A stretch of 63,246 nucleotides of DNA, counting the filler, from Craspedostauros australis (lineage: Eukaryota), in assembly GCA_030167865.1 (NCBI GenBank). It is 5 parts of 5 records of this genome, joined end to end, with 100 filler letters (N's around TTAATTAATTAA, not from the genome) between each part and the next. Parts side by side here need not be neighbours in the genome. Positions count along the whole stretch, not along the records: positions 26,616 to 47,545 come from JALAGF010004935.1; 4 more parts are not named here. One strand, given 5' to 3'. Position 1 is the stretch's first letter; each line of letters opens with the position of its first letter. A program made the position numbers and the translations under genes. Positions 34,872 to 46,505 of the stretch are shown here, one piece after another. Under the pieces are notes generated by a model. The model worked only from the letters and a program-made list of their open reading frames with translations. It searched no databases and was not told the origin of the DNA.

Positions 34872-35191
34872 TCCTGTTTTTTATGTGGGTGGAAGGAAAA
34901 GGACTGCGCAACAAGAGAGAGGTGCAAAAAGAACAAATGTCTTGTCCCTGGATAGGTTTTTCTCGTACGATCAATGCGAACATCCTCGCGTTGCATGTTC
35001 GCTTTTTCATCACTCACGCCCATCGATGACCGTTTGTTGCTTCATTTCCAACGCCAGACACGGGAGACAACGAGAATTGACAAATGGCTTTGCGGGCGCA
35101 CAGAATTAATTACACTCCTCAACCTTGCGCGAATCTATGATCATGGCGCTGGCGTGATACCTTGATTCATTTCTGGAGGGAGAGTGGAAAG

Positions 35192-37042
35192 TTAACTTGG
35201 AGGCGACGAGCCATCGGCGGAGACGTTGCTTCCAGTCTTGGTCCACAACGATGACAATCTGCCACGCTGCTTCATTTTGGATATGCTCTGGTCACCCGTC
35301 TGCTTCAGCTTGTCGAGCACCTGACGTCCGCCACCTCGCACCTTTTCCCATGGCAGAATCTGCTGCGGCGATTTGGGGTTGCCATTTTCTGCGATTGTTG
35401 CCGCTGCCGCACTCGCAACGCCGCTGGACGATGCCGCAGTGTCAGCTGAATCGGTCGTCGTGATGACGGTGGGCGATGGTGCCGCCGCACCATCCTCCGA
35501 TTCGGGACGATCTTCCTCCGACCCCACGGTGTTGCCATCGTGCGCGGAATCGTTGCTGGACGGCGGTTGCTGAGGAATGGAAGACGTGGACATGGCGCGG
35601 TTTCGCGTTTTGGTGACGGTGTGCGAGACCCATTGCGACACGACGGATCCAAACTCCTTGACCTGCTCCTTGGCCTTGGTCTTGACGACGTTGCCGTTGT
35701 CGCCCTTCTGGAAGGAGTCCAGCAGCTCCTCTTTTTGCTTGAGCATGCGCTGGGTCTTTTCCAGGTCCTTGGTGAGGTTGCGCAGCCGGCGATCCGTGAC
35801 TTCCTGGAGGTTGAGATGATCCTGCTCCAGCGTGGTGAGCTTCATTTTGGTCTCGACGAGCTGTTCGGACAGCTTCTCGGCGCTGATTTGCGATGCGGCC
35901 TTGTCTGCCAAGACCTTGAGGTATTGGCGCGTCGATTCGGATGCGTGCGGGTAGTCGACCAGAAGACGCGTGCGCGTCCATTTTCGCCGTCTGTGAATGA
36001 GGTTGGGCGTTCCCTTCGGCGGCATCTCCAATCGATCGCCGTATGCCTTGTGATTGGCGTCGCCGGAAATGGAGGGATCGTAGGAGTAGGACCATCCCTG
36101 GTCGTCCGTCTGGTTGACGCGCTTCTCGATGCGCCATCCGCCGATCCACTGCCAGCTGCCTCCGTTTTGCGGCAGCGGGTAACCCTTGTCGATGTTCAAA
36201 ATTTGGTCCACCGCCATCGTGGTGAGCACGCCCTGCTGCGGCGGACGATTCCACGTGCTCTTGTTGAGCAGGCCGTGTCCCTTTTCCTCGACGGTCTTGC
36301 CCGGCTGCGGCACGACGATGGGCAACGTCTTGAAGAAGGTGGGGAATTGGCGCAGCGTCTTGTTCCACGTCTTGTTGGAGGAGCGCACCTGCCACTCGTA
36401 GACGCATTCCTGCGCGAAGAGATGGGGTTCCGTCCTCGCATCCCACGGGATGATCTCGAGCAGACGGATGACGTGCATCGGAAGCGTTTTGGCGACCTGG
36501 TCTCCCTTTCGATTCTGGCGCTTGAACTTGGGCAGCGGGATCTGCCTGGCTGATGATTGCGAGGCGGCCTCATTCGCCAACTGTTTCTCGTACGCAACTG
36601 CGGCAGCGAACGCGGGTCGATCCGTCGTGAGCGCGTCGAGCAGCTCCAAATACCCCTCTGACGTCGCCTTGAGGGAGATGTACTCCGGTGCCTCCTGCGC
36701 GTTGGCGGCAACGATGTTTGCCGCGCGCTTGCTGGCCGCCTGCTCCTGCTCCAACCGATGCAGCTTCGCCTCCATCTCCGCTCGCTTCGAGCGTTCGCGG
36801 TCCAGCTCCTCCAGCACATCGCGCAGCAGTCCTTCGTCGCGCTCTTCCAGATATGACTGTCCCGTTTGATTCGGCAGTGGTGAATGGGCTCTCGCTGGCG
36901 TTGTGGTGGCAGTTGCCGATGCAGCCGGTGGGGGCGCCTGAGTCATCGCAGAGGGCGGCAGCGTCGTGGCTGTCATGGGAGTGGTGGGCATGGGCGGCAC
37001 CGCAGCCATCGTCGGCGAGACGGTCGGTGATGTCGTTGCCAT
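35192..37042 (-). CDS. DysF (dysferlin/Pex24-Pex30-like) domain protein flanked by coiled coils
   Basis: LPQNGGSWQWIGGWRIE...TDDQGWSYS...HRRRKWTR is the DysF signature. Heptad regions lie on both sides. Confidence 0.8.
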   Translation of the reverse strand: MATTSPTVSPTMAAVPPMPTTPMTATTLPPSAMTQAPPPAASATATTTPARAHSPLPNQTGQSYLEERDEGLLRDVLEELDRERSKRAEMEAKLHRLEQEQAASKRAANIVAANAQEAPEYISLKATSEGYLELLDALTTDRPAFAAAVAYEKQLANEAASQSSARQIPLPKFKRQNRKGDQVAKTLPMHVIRLLEIIPWDARTEPHLFAQECVYEWQVRSSNKTWNKTLRQFPTFFKTLPIVVPQPGKTVEEKGHGLLNKSTWNRPPQQGVLTTMAVDQILNIDKGYPLPQNGGSWQWIGGWRIEKRVNQTDDQGWSYSYDPSISGDANHKAYGDRLEMPPKGTPNLIHRRRKWTRTRLLVDYPHASESTRQYLKVLADKAASQISAEKLSEQLVETKMKLTTLEQDHLNLQEVTDRRLRNLTKDLEKTQRMLKQKEELLDSFQKGDNGNVVKTKAKEQVKEFGSVVSQWVSHTVTKTRNRAMSTSSIPQQPPSSNDSAHDGNTVGSEEDRPESEDGAAAPSPTVITTTDSADTAASSSGVASAAAATIAENGNPKSPQQILPWEKVRGGGRQVLDKLKQTGDQSISKMKQRGRLSSLWTKTGSNVSADGSSPPS

Positions 37043-37080
37043 GTTGGAATCCTTTGCGGTATAGTAGTATTAGTGCTATG

Positions 37081-37136
37081 GTTTGTTGCAGTGTGATATG
37101 GTGTGTTGCAGTGTGGTATGGTGTGTTGCAGTGTGG
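37081..37136. repeat. 20-bp unit x about 3, just upstream of the DysF gene start
   Basis: gtttgttgcagtgtgatatg / gtgtgttgcagtgtggtatg / gtgtgttgcagtgtgg. Confidence 0.7.
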
Positions 37137-38137
37137 CGAAGGAAGGAAGGAAGGAAGGGAGAAGCGATGGATGGATGGCCCTTCCGTCTGCGGTTCTTGC
37201 CGTTGGCGCTGCGGATTGCAGAAGCGAAGTAGTCGTAGTCACTTGCGGACTCAGGAGGTCGCGGAATTCGATTGGTTCGTTCCCACGGTTGCTTCTTCCG
37301 CTGGTCTTGTCTTGCCCGCTTGTCGTGAGAGGCACGATTATGGGGACGGTTCCTTCTGGAGCCGTGTTGCGTCTTTTTGCAGGAGAACGAGTATCTATGC
37401 GCGAGGACCAATACGTCCGTATCCTATTAGCAGCAGTATGTTTGTGGTTATGCTTGTGGTTATGCTTGTGTTTATGTCGTGGAACGCAGAACACGGCGAA
37501 TGAGAAGAGCAACGTCTGCTGGAGGCGTCGGAAAGGAAGCCAACCTCGTCTCCAGAGTTCTGTGCGACCGACTCCGTTTGAACACCTGCGGCTGTACCGT
37601 CGGAGAGATGTTGATGTTGATGGCTTCAGGTGTGGTGTGTGCTATCCAAACGAGCATGCATGCAAGAATACCGGAGAGACAGAGAGATCGACAATCACGG
37701 CAACGGTAATGTTGTTGATGGATGTCCCGCCAAACGGATGCGCAACAAACAACGCCAAGAAAAAAAGACTTCAAACGAAGACGTGTTGACGAACAGCGGC
37801 GATGGTGGACTCCTTTTCGCTTTTCCCCCTTGGTTGCGTGTTGTTCTCACAGGGAACTCGCGGACTTGTTCCTCCAACCTTGTGTGTGTGTTGTGTCATC
37901 GCTGATATTTTCTGTCACGTCTCTGCACAGTCGATTTGGTCGTGTGGAGTCACAAAGAACATTCGCCACACACCATCCAGGAATCAGGAAGCCTATGGAC
38001 AGGAGGCTAGATTGATTTGTCAACGAAAGTGTCACTCAACAAATGGAAGCGAGAACAGGATATCCCATCAAAGTTAAGCGGTGGTAGCGAGACTATCACA
38101 ATACCATGCCGCACTTGCACTCCAGCAATGCCTCCGC

Positions 38138-39619
38138 TCAAAGGGTCTCGTCCGATTGCGTCAAAATCTCCACGCCGGTATCCGTGATGAGAACGGTATG
38201 CTCAAACTGCGCCGCCATGCCACCATCATCCGTCACGACCGTCCAGGCGTCGCCCCACTCATGACACGCGCCGGCGCCTTCCACCAGCATGGGTTCGATC
38301 GTGAAGATCATGCCGGGCACCAGTTCCAGCTTGTCGTTGTTGCGGTAGTGCTTGACGAAGGGCGGCAGATGCAGCTGCGTGTGAATGCCGTGTCCGCGGT
38401 ACTTCTCCACCGTGCTGTACCCGTAGGCATCGGCGACGTCCTGGATGGCGCCGCCCACGTCGCTGAGACAGGCGCCGGGTCCGATGGCGTCGATGGCGGC
38501 GTACAGCGACTCGCGCGCGGCGTGCACGAGTCGGCGCGATGCGACGAATTGCAGTTCCTGCTGCGGCGAGTTGAACGTCGTTCGGAAGGCAACGCCTCTC
38601 CAATCGGCGGTGGGGTGGTGGTGGTACGGCGACTGCTGTTGCGATTGCGCCAGTCTGCTCTGCGCGGTGGCGATGTCGTCCCAACTGAGATCATTCGCGC
38701 CATCGTGATCCCCCACGATGACGGTGGCGCAGTTGTCGCCGTGCACGCCATCCACAAAGCAGCTGACATCGAATGACACGATGTCGCCCAGCTCCAACGC
38801 GCGCATGTCCGGGATGCCGTGGCAGATGACCTCGTTGACGCTGCTGCACAAGGATTTGGGGAAGTTGGAATAATTCAGCGGACTCGGATAGGCGTTGCCA
38901 TTGCGCAGCAGCGCGTCGTGCACAATGGAATCGATCTCATCCGTCGTGACGCCGGGCTTGGCCAACGCGCAGGCCAGGTTCAATCCCTTGCGCGCCACGC
39001 GGGCGGCGTGCCTCATCTTCTCGAGTTCGAAGGCATCGTTGTGCAGGACGATCTCGTTGGCGTGGAACGGAACCTGCCCCGTAGCGGCGTAGGGCGGTCG
39101 CGCGATGTGCGGTGGCGCGGACTTCCAATCGGACAACGGATACGGTTTCATGGTGGTGCGGTCCGACGAGGTGTCGTAGGATCTGTCGTACCGGGAGATC
39201 TCGTCATTCCACGATGCGGTCGGTGTGGCGGCAGCAGCTGCTGGGGGCGATTGTGGTGTGGTGGCCAGGCCGCGCAGAGGCTGTCCAGTTGGTGGTGAGA
39301 TGGGCGCCGCCTTGTGATTGGATTTGTAAGGCGAGTAGCTCGCAACAGTTGCCGATGCCGCCGATGCTGACAATGATGTGGACGACGTCAGGCGGGCTGC
39401 AGCGCTTCCGATCGAGCGAAGCCCGGATGGGTGATGGACATGGTGATGGTGCTGCAGCAGCGTGGAAGTGCCTCGGCCGATGAATGCAGCCGTGCTGGCA
39501 GATCGCGAGGCCGAGGACCGCAGCAGGATCATTGTGCTCCCGAGGAGTCTTTGTTTGGACATCATCATCTTCCCCGTGCTTGTGCTTGTTCGTGCGCTCG
39601 TCGATGCTGCTGCAATCAT
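38138..39619 (-). CDS. map: Methionine aminopeptidase type 1, organelle-targeted (MAP1D-like)
   Basis: AYPSPLNYSNFPKSLCSSVNEVICHGIPD. All five metal ligands present (SFDVS, HGDNC, GHGI, TIEPM, AQFEHT). Ser/Arg/Ala-rich presequence. Confidence 0.95.
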   Translation of the reverse strand: MIAAASTSARTSTSTGKMMMSKQRLLGSTMILLRSSASRSASTAAFIGRGTSTLLQHHHHVHHPSGLRSIGSAAARLTSSTSLSASAASATVASYSPYKSNHKAAPISPPTGQPLRGLATTPQSPPAAAAATPTASWNDEISRYDRSYDTSSDRTTMKPYPLSDWKSAPPHIARPPYAATGQVPFHANEIVLHNDAFELEKMRHAARVARKGLNLACALAKPGVTTDEIDSIVHDALLRNGNAYPSPLNYSNFPKSLCSSVNEVICHGIPDMRALELGDIVSFDVSCFVDGVHGDNCATVIVGDHDGANDLSWDDIATAQSRLAQSQQQSPYHHHPTADWRGVAFRTTFNSPQQELQFVASRRLVHAARESLYAAIDAIGPGACLSDVGGAIQDVADAYGYSTVEKYRGHGIHTQLHLPPFVKHYRNNDKLELVPGMIFTIEPMLVEGAGACHEWGDAWTVVTDDGGMAAQFEHTVLITDTGVEILTQSDETL

Positions 39620-40473
39620 GTGCTGCCAATGTCACATAAAATATAATATGGTAGTGCTCTAACTGCTCCACGCGTACTCTATGTCTCTATTAGGAGGTCG
39701 TATGCTTCGACCTTGTGTTGGCGGAGGAAGGTTGGTGAGAATGGAGTGTTGCTTCCAACGATGTGGTGATCTTCATCGTGGGTTGCGTTTGCTGGCGTCA
39801 GCGTTTTGTCAGGTTGGATTGTTGTTCCACGATCGTGGTTTGCCTTTCGCCAAATCCAAGCATTCCGTCTGTCCGGTACACGTCTCACTATCGAGTCTTG
39901 TTTACTTTGTCGGGAATCGTCATCCAGTTTTGATCACGTTTGCGCCGATTCACGAAGAAACAAGTCAACAACCAACGTTGCAACCGCAACACGAAACAAG
40001 GGTGTGCTTGATTCCGTTGGATTTGTACGCAACATTGTCATTCCCACCAATTGTCTTGCATGACAGTGCGTTCCACAGCAAGTGGAGACTCAACAGCCAT
40101 ACCACTACCTGCTCCGGAGCATACTTCCTCCAGTGCATACGACTACTCGAATTCTGGGACGCCGACGAGTCACTGTCTTGGTACGCAAGTGCACTCCTCA
40201 TCCAGTGGCATCACATCGCAAGTATTCTAGTATAGCAGACTGGACTATACAGTACTGCTCTATTACTCTGCCTGCAATCCATCAGCTACTGATCGTCGGT
40301 TGTCATCCAGGACTCCAAACAGTCTTCGACCAGTCTTCGATCAGTCTTCGATCAGTCGTCGCTCGACATTCCCAGGCCTGCACTCGATCATCAAAGAGTA
40401 GTGCGCTACAACCATTACAACTACCAACAGCATACTCGCACTCTGGCATTGTACCTGGCTGGGAGACATTGAG

Positions 40474-43400
40474 ATGACGTCGGCGAAAGGGGCCGCCGGA
40501 TCTCCGGCCGTGCTGTCGCAATCTTCGTACCCCTTCTCACGAGAGGAGGAGTGTGGTTGGCGACCGGAAGAAGCAGCGAGGAAGTTGAGGTCATTATCAG
40601 CACCTGCAGGATCAGCATCAAGCACAGCTGCAGACACCGCTCTCCACAGCAAGATCGGATGGACCTCATCGGAGGCCTCCCGACTGCGCCAGCGGTTTGG
40701 TAGCAACACGTTGAACTCGGATGATGATGGCAGCAACGGCAACACTACGCCTTTGTCTTCCATCACTGCGGCTCTCGTCGAGCAGCTGAAGGAACCGCTC
40801 ATCGGGATGCTCCTCTTTTCAGCTTTCATCTCCATCCTGCTGGGCAACGCGGCCGATGCCATCTCCATCGGCATCGCCCTGCTCATCGTGGCCATGGTGG
40901 CCGCAGTGCAGGAATATCGTTCCGAAATGGCATTGGAGAAGCTCACCAACCTGGTCCCGCACACCTGCACGGTCATTCGGGATCAGGGGGCTGTGCATCA
41001 CCAGCATCCTGCCAAGGAGCTGGTTGTTGGAGATTGTGTCATGCTGTCGACAGGGGATCGCGTCCCGGCGGATTGTCGCATCATCGATGCGGTGGAGCTC
41101 ATGATCGACGAAAGCTCCTTGACTGGCGAAACGCAGGCCGTCTCCAAGACGAGTCAGGCGGTTCGGCTGGATATGGATTCCACCATGACGCCGACAGATG
41201 CAACCGCAAGTGCCGACGCAAATACGAATGCAAATGCGACCACGCCAGAATCCACCTCGTCGACCACCGACATCACGCGGCAAACGAATATCGCGTTCGC
41301 GGGAACCCTCGTCAATTCGGGACGCGGACGAGCTCTCGTCATTGCCGTTGGCCCGCACACGGAGTTTGGCAAGGTCGCGTCGGAGCTGTCGCAAGTCACG
41401 GCGCGCAAATCGCCGCTGCAATTGAAGATAGACGAATTGGGTCAGCGGTTGGCTTATTTCAGTAGCGCCGCGATCGTCGCCATCGCCATCTTGGGCGTCG
41501 TCATGGGACGGCCATTCCTCGAAACGTTGACGGTCGCCGTCAGTTTGGCCGTGGCCGCCATCCCAGAAGGGCTGCCAATCTGCACCACCGTCACGCTCGC
41601 GCTGGGCGTCCTGCGCATGTCCAGACACAACGCCATCATCAAGAAGCTGCCCGTCGTGGAGAGCTTGGGCTGCACCACGGCCGTGGCGTCCGACAAGACG
41701 GGAACGCTGACGCAGAATGAAATGACTGTGCGTGCTGTCTTCGTGCCGGCCTTTCCACGACACCAATTCACCTTCACGGGTGTGGGATATGATGTATCGG
41801 ACGGCAATCTCCTCATGGCGGGGAATGTCGTGGAGAATCCAAAGTCTTTGGATCTTTCCGATCCATATCGTCAGCAGCAGCACAGCAACAACGAGGAGAT
41901 GGTCGCCATATCCGCGCTGCTGCAGACGTCTTGCCTTTGCAACGATGCCACGATATCCTGTCCCATCACGGGCGTCGCAAGCACAAAAGATGATATGTCC
42001 GGACAACCAACGGAGTTGGCGTTGCTCATTGCTGCCACGAAGGCAAATGTCGACGACCCCCGTGCTCAGTATCAACGCGTTCGAGAGATTCCATTCACCA
42101 GCGAACGCAAACGAATGGAAGTGCATGTGCGGCCCGTGAATGGACAGCACACATGCAAGGCATTTGAACGGCTCAAGACGACGCAAACGAAATTGACGCC
42201 ATCCGAATTTGAAACCATCTACAGCAACGGCTATCAGAACGGTCTCTCCACAAATGAAGGCGCAACATCGAATTCGAATGAGCCCATCCTGTGCTTCGTC
42301 AAGGGCATGCCCGAAAAGGTGCTAGACGAATGCAACTCGTACACGGGCACAAATGGTTGTATCACACCCATCAACGAAGAAATTCGCAGAGCAATTCTCA
42401 TCCAATCGCGCCGCATGGCCGGAACTGGATTACGCGTCCTCGCCATGGCCTACGGTGAAGCAGTTTCTGATGATTGCGACAATGACACAAGCAACGGTAA
42501 TGGCAACACCGCTGGCAATTGCAATGATGGTAAGGCTTCTGCTGCAATGATATTCGCCGGACTTGTAGGAATGGAAGACCCACCCCGCGATGGCGTCGCT
42601 GATTCGGTGTGGCAACTGCGTCGTGGTGGCGTCAAGGTCATGATGGTGACGGGTGATTCCAAAGAGACTGCGATGGCAATCGCGAGCCGGTGTGGGATCA
42701 TCGGAGATGAATTGACATCCAACCGCCAACTCGACACAAACAGCGAAACATACGACGCCGCACCAGTGTCGTTGTCAGATGTGGAAGCGGGCGATGCGTC
42801 ACCTTCCAACATCGTCATGAGCGGCGCGGAGTTGGAATCGATACCCGCGCGGATACTGCCCGAGGCTGTTGCCAATGTCCGCATCTTCTACCGCGTCGCG
42901 CCGCGTCACAAATTGGCGATCGTTCGGGCGTTGCAGCAACACGGTGACATCGTGGCCATGACGGGGGATGGCGTAAATGACGCCACCGCACTGAAGGGAG
43001 CCGACATTGGCATCGCCATGGGATGCAAAGGAACGGACGTGGCCAAGGAGGCCGCCGACGTGGTTCTGGCCGACGACAACTTCCGCACCATCACGTACGC
43101 AATTGCTGAAGGCAAAGGAATCTTCTTCAACATACGTTGCTTCCTCGCCTTCCAACTCAGCACCTCCTTCGCCGCATTGACCATGGCCAGCATCGCCACC
43201 ATGCTTGGTCTGCCAACCCCACTGAATGCCATGCAGATTCTTTGGATCAACATTATCATGGACGGACCGCCGGCCCAAAGTCTGGGCGTGGAACCTGTCG
43301 ACGACAAGATTCTGAACGCGAAACCTCGCAAGGCCGACGACGCCATCGTGACGCGGGCGCTGCTGCTGCGCGCCATCACGAGCGCCGCGCTGATCGTCTT

Positions 43401-43902
43401 CTTGACGCTCAAGGTCTTCGCCAACGAACTCGATGACGACAACGTGGTATCGCGTCGTGACACCACCATGACCTTCATGATGTTCGTGAACTGCGATCTG
43501 TTCAATGCCTACGTGTGCCGGTCGGCGGAACGATGCTTCTACGAACTGAATCCCTTCAGCAACCCGGCCTTCGTGTGGGCCGTGGGCGGATCCGTGCTGG
43601 GGCAACTCATGGTGATTTACTTCGCGCCACTGCAAGAAATCTTCCAAACGGAAGCGCTATCGTTGCAGGATCTGATGTACATCATCCTGCTGAGCTCCAG
43701 CATCCTCTGGCTGGACGTGGTGCGCAAGAAGTTCTTCGAGGCGACCTTCGTGGATGGATATCCGGCGAAATCGCAGGGTGCTGACGATCGTCGGCGCACG
43801 GCCGCCAAGCATCGCATGCGACGCAATCGATCATGGTTCCATTTTGGCAGGCAAAGTCGGAGACGTCGTGATCTCAAATCGAATTCCGTGCTGGCATTAT
43901 GA
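40474..43902 (+). CDS. PMR1: P2A-type Ca2+/Mn2+ ATPase of the secretory pathway (PMR1/SPCA)
   Basis: DESSLTGE, AAIPEGLP, SDKTGTLTQN, KGMPE, DPPR, MTGDGVNDA and the SPCA-type FQLSTS and MQILWINIIMDGPPAQSLGVEP. Confidence 0.95.
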   Translation: MTSAKGAAGSPAVLSQSSYPFSREEECGWRPEEAARKLRSLSAPAGSASSTAADTALHSKIGWTSSEASRLRQRFGSNTLNSDDDGSNGNTTPLSSITAALVEQLKEPLIGMLLFSAFISILLGNAADAISIGIALLIVAMVAAVQEYRSEMALEKLTNLVPHTCTVIRDQGAVHHQHPAKELVVGDCVMLSTGDRVPADCRIIDAVELMIDESSLTGETQAVSKTSQAVRLDMDSTMTPTDATASADANTNANATTPESTSSTTDITRQTNIAFAGTLVNSGRGRALVIAVGPHTEFGKVASELSQVTARKSPLQLKIDELGQRLAYFSSAAIVAIAILGVVMGRPFLETLTVAVSLAVAAIPEGLPICTTVTLALGVLRMSRHNAIIKKLPVVESLGCTTAVASDKTGTLTQNEMTVRAVFVPAFPRHQFTFTGVGYDVSDGNLLMAGNVVENPKSLDLSDPYRQQQHSNNEEMVAISALLQTSCLCNDATISCPITGVASTKDDMSGQPTELALLIAATKANVDDPRAQYQRVREIPFTSERKRMEVHVRPVNGQHTCKAFERLKTTQTKLTPSEFETIYSNGYQNGLSTNEGATSNSNEPILCFVKGMPEKVLDECNSYTGTNGCITPINEEIRRAILIQSRRMAGTGLRVLAMAYGEAVSDDCDNDTSNGNGNTAGNCNDGKASAAMIFAGLVGMEDPPRDGVADSVWQLRRGGVKVMMVTGDSKETAMAIASRCGIIGDELTSNRQLDTNSETYDAAPVSLSDVEAGDASPSNIVMSGAELESIPARILPEAVANVRIFYRVAPRHKLAIVRALQQHGDIVAMTGDGVNDATALKGADIGIAMGCKGTDVAKEAADVVLADDNFRTITYAIAEGKGIFFNIRCFLAFQLSTSFAALTMASIATMLGLPTPLNAMQILWINIIMDGPPAQSLGVEPVDDKILNAKPRKADDAIVTRALLLRAITSAALIVFLTLKVFANELDDDNVVSRRDTTMTFMMFVNCDLFNAYVCRSAERCFYELNPFSNPAFVWAVGGSVLGQLMVIYFAPLQEIFQTEALSLQDLMYIILLSSSILWLDVVRKKFFEATFVDGYPAKSQGADDRRRTAAKHRMRRNRSWFHFGRQSRRRRDLKSNSVLAL

Positions 43903-44027
43903 TGTGAGGTCGTGGGGCGTGGCAAAGCGAAGATATAAAATTCCTTTCTCTCTAGTCGAGCGCGCATGAAGTAACAATTGTGCTATGATTCGAAGAATGA
44001 TGAGGTAGCATCCGCAAATGACGTGAA

Positions 44028-44996
44028 TTAGTGGCCGGGGTTGAGCTTGGAGATTTCCATCCCAGCAAACAGCTCACCGTCGGGCTGAAGCTTGGATCAG
44101 CCTTGTAGTTGCATGATGACGCGTCGGCTCTTTTTGGGAAAGATGCGCTGATTCCAGTAGAGATAATTCTTTTCTTGATTGCTGGGCCGCAAGATCAATA
44201 GGAGCTTGCCGACGAAGAGATCCGTTTCGATGGGGACAGCTTGGGTGAAGTTGGGTGGGAACGGTATCTGGCTGCTGACATCCAATGTTAGGGTTGGGAA
44301 GAGTTGTCGCAGCAGGGTCGAGTTGCGTTTGCGCAGCGTCATGATCGTCGAGGCTGCCGCTGACGGTGTCGTTGTGGTCGCAGATGTCGTTGCGGAGAAT
44401 GATTGATCGATCGATCATTATTGTTGTTGTTGTTGCGCCCAAACTCTGCGACAAGAGAGAAGCGCGTGTCGTCATGTAGACACTGTCATTGTCACTGGTC
44501 GCCAACGATGGCCTGGTCTGTCGTGTGTCCAACATACGAGGATTAATGGCGCCTGCATTAGTGTCCTTGGAGGGCAGCGATTGAGTGGCAAACATCATGA
44601 TGAAGTCGGAGCGCACGTCCGACGATGAGGTCCACAATGCGGGAGATGCGATTGTGACATGCGAACCACTCGGCAACATGATGTTGAAGAAACGGATGGC
44701 GTCTTTCTTCGCAGATGTGGGAGTTGACATCGATGCGCTGGTAGATGGTGTCTCTTGGGTTGTTTGTGGCGCGATGATGGACGGCACTTGATCGATGTTC
44801 TCCTTGAGGCAATTTGTCCCAAGTCCACCGCGAGAAACTGTGTGCAATCAATCAGGGCCAAAAACAGTCGAGATGTGGGCCCGTTCGCACGACTGTAGGC
44901 ACGTTTGAGGGCGGCTTCGAGAGCCTTGCTGTGGGTCCGTTCAAGAGCGGAAAAAAGAACATTTTCGCCGCTCGCCGGCGTCCAAGTCGAAGACAA
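44028..44996 (-). pseudogene. Truncated, disrupted DUF1769-like gene
   Basis: PFPPNFTQAVPIETDLFVGKLLLILRP...IFPKKSRRVIMQLQG*SKLQPDGELFAGMEI, with an in-frame TGA at 44097-44099. Upstream segments are in other frames and the 5' limit is uncertain. Confidence 0.6.
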
Positions 44997-45257
44997 TTAT
45001 GAGTCGCACCCCCAAAAACCGAATCTAAAGCACGATACAAGATGACAGAATAGGTACCTTCATGGCCTCCTAACCCATCCAAAATAAGTCTCAAGAATGT
45101 ATTTCTTCTACATATATCTACATGAATTATATGGTAAGGCTTCATACAGATAACAGCAGGATCTCAGATGCGACGCCGACCTGGGTTTACTATCTTGGCT
45201 CAGGCTGGTCTTAATAATCGGCAGAATCGTACTCGCGAACCCTGAATGGGCTCTTCC

Positions 45258-45355
45258 GAATCCGATCGGTGATTATGACTCTGATCAGTGGTTATAAATC
45301 CGATCAGTGATTATGAATCCGATCAGTGATTATGAATCCGATCGTGGTTATGAAT
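45258..45355. repeat. 19-bp minisatellite, 5 copies (consensus GAATCCGATCAGTGATTAT)
   Basis: Units at 45258, 45277, 45296, 45315 and 45334, head to tail with no spacers. Confidence 0.9.
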
Positions 45356-46505
45356 ACGAACACTGTGGAGTTATGGGTGTGGCTGGAGTCTCACACAAAG
45401 AACAACATGCAACAGTGGTATTGGTGGTGGTGTTGGCAGCCGCAGCCGCACTTGACACCACTGGGCTCATTGCATCTCGCACATTCATGGCACATCGAAC
45501 ACACCAAACATTCGTGATATTCACAGGAATCACTTCTTTGCCTCTGAAATCGACACAAAGTCTCATAAAACAAATCAATCATCAGATTGAAAACGCCAGC
45601 AATCAACTAACAACTAACAACTAGCAGGCGTTGGAAGGAGACGACAAGCCACTAGCGGCCGCAACGAAAAGAAACAGTTCGAAAGGTACGCACACATCAC
45701 GAAGAAGGGGGATGGAAGACTGGCTGATGCATGAGGAAGAATCGACAACACACACACACGCACACCTACACAACGGAGAATGCAGTCATTTGCAAAACCG
45801 ACGTCAAGACGCACGTGAACCGCGGATAGCGTCGCAGATGATGAAGCAGCACTGATGAAACGGCAGCACACACCAACGCTCGAGATGCAAGATGCCTGCG
45901 AGTATGAGCACCATACCTACATTCCAGTCAGTCTTCGCGCGTCGTTATGCAGCGGTGCTGCAGCCCTTGTCGGTGGCGATCATCTCGTTCAGGATGTCTC
46001 ATGCCATGCCGATGCCAGACGCGCCCCGCTTCACATTCCGGTGTTCAAATCCCGCACCGCCCCCAAGCCGAATTAACTCATGCTGCTCTTTGCCATAACC
46101 ATCGTTCCTTCTCTCCCCTTCCCTTCGCATGCGCAACTGATGCCTCCTGTGTGCGCAATCTTGACGTGATCGAATCATCACGATGTTGTGTCGATTCATG
46201 GATATCGTTGATCTTCATTGATTGCTGTCGTTGTCGTTGCTCGCCACCACGTCTCGCGTCATTTCACACACCAACACTTCTGCGCACACAAATGAACACA
46301 TCGCTGCAACACTCGCAAACGTTGCCGTTCTTCGTGGGACGAAACTCGCCGCCAAACTTCCACATGGTGCTCGCATTGCCAATCTTAACCCATACGTGAT
46401 CCGTACCAACCCATTCTCGTGGCACGTACACATACATGCACACATACAAATGCGCCCCCTTGCAGAATCAATAGTCTCACGACGGCGGCGAAGACAACAG
46501 CAAAG

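Noticed and set aside
28888..43647. Long antisense or alternative-frame ORFs (e.g. 28888-30066 +, 35540-36553 +, 40819-42186 -, 42799-43647 -)
   Set aside because: Shadows of real high-GC3 genes, with no motifs of their own.
45258..45355. CRISPR-like array
   Set aside because: Units are contiguous with no unique spacers, there are no cas genes, and the context is eukaryotic.
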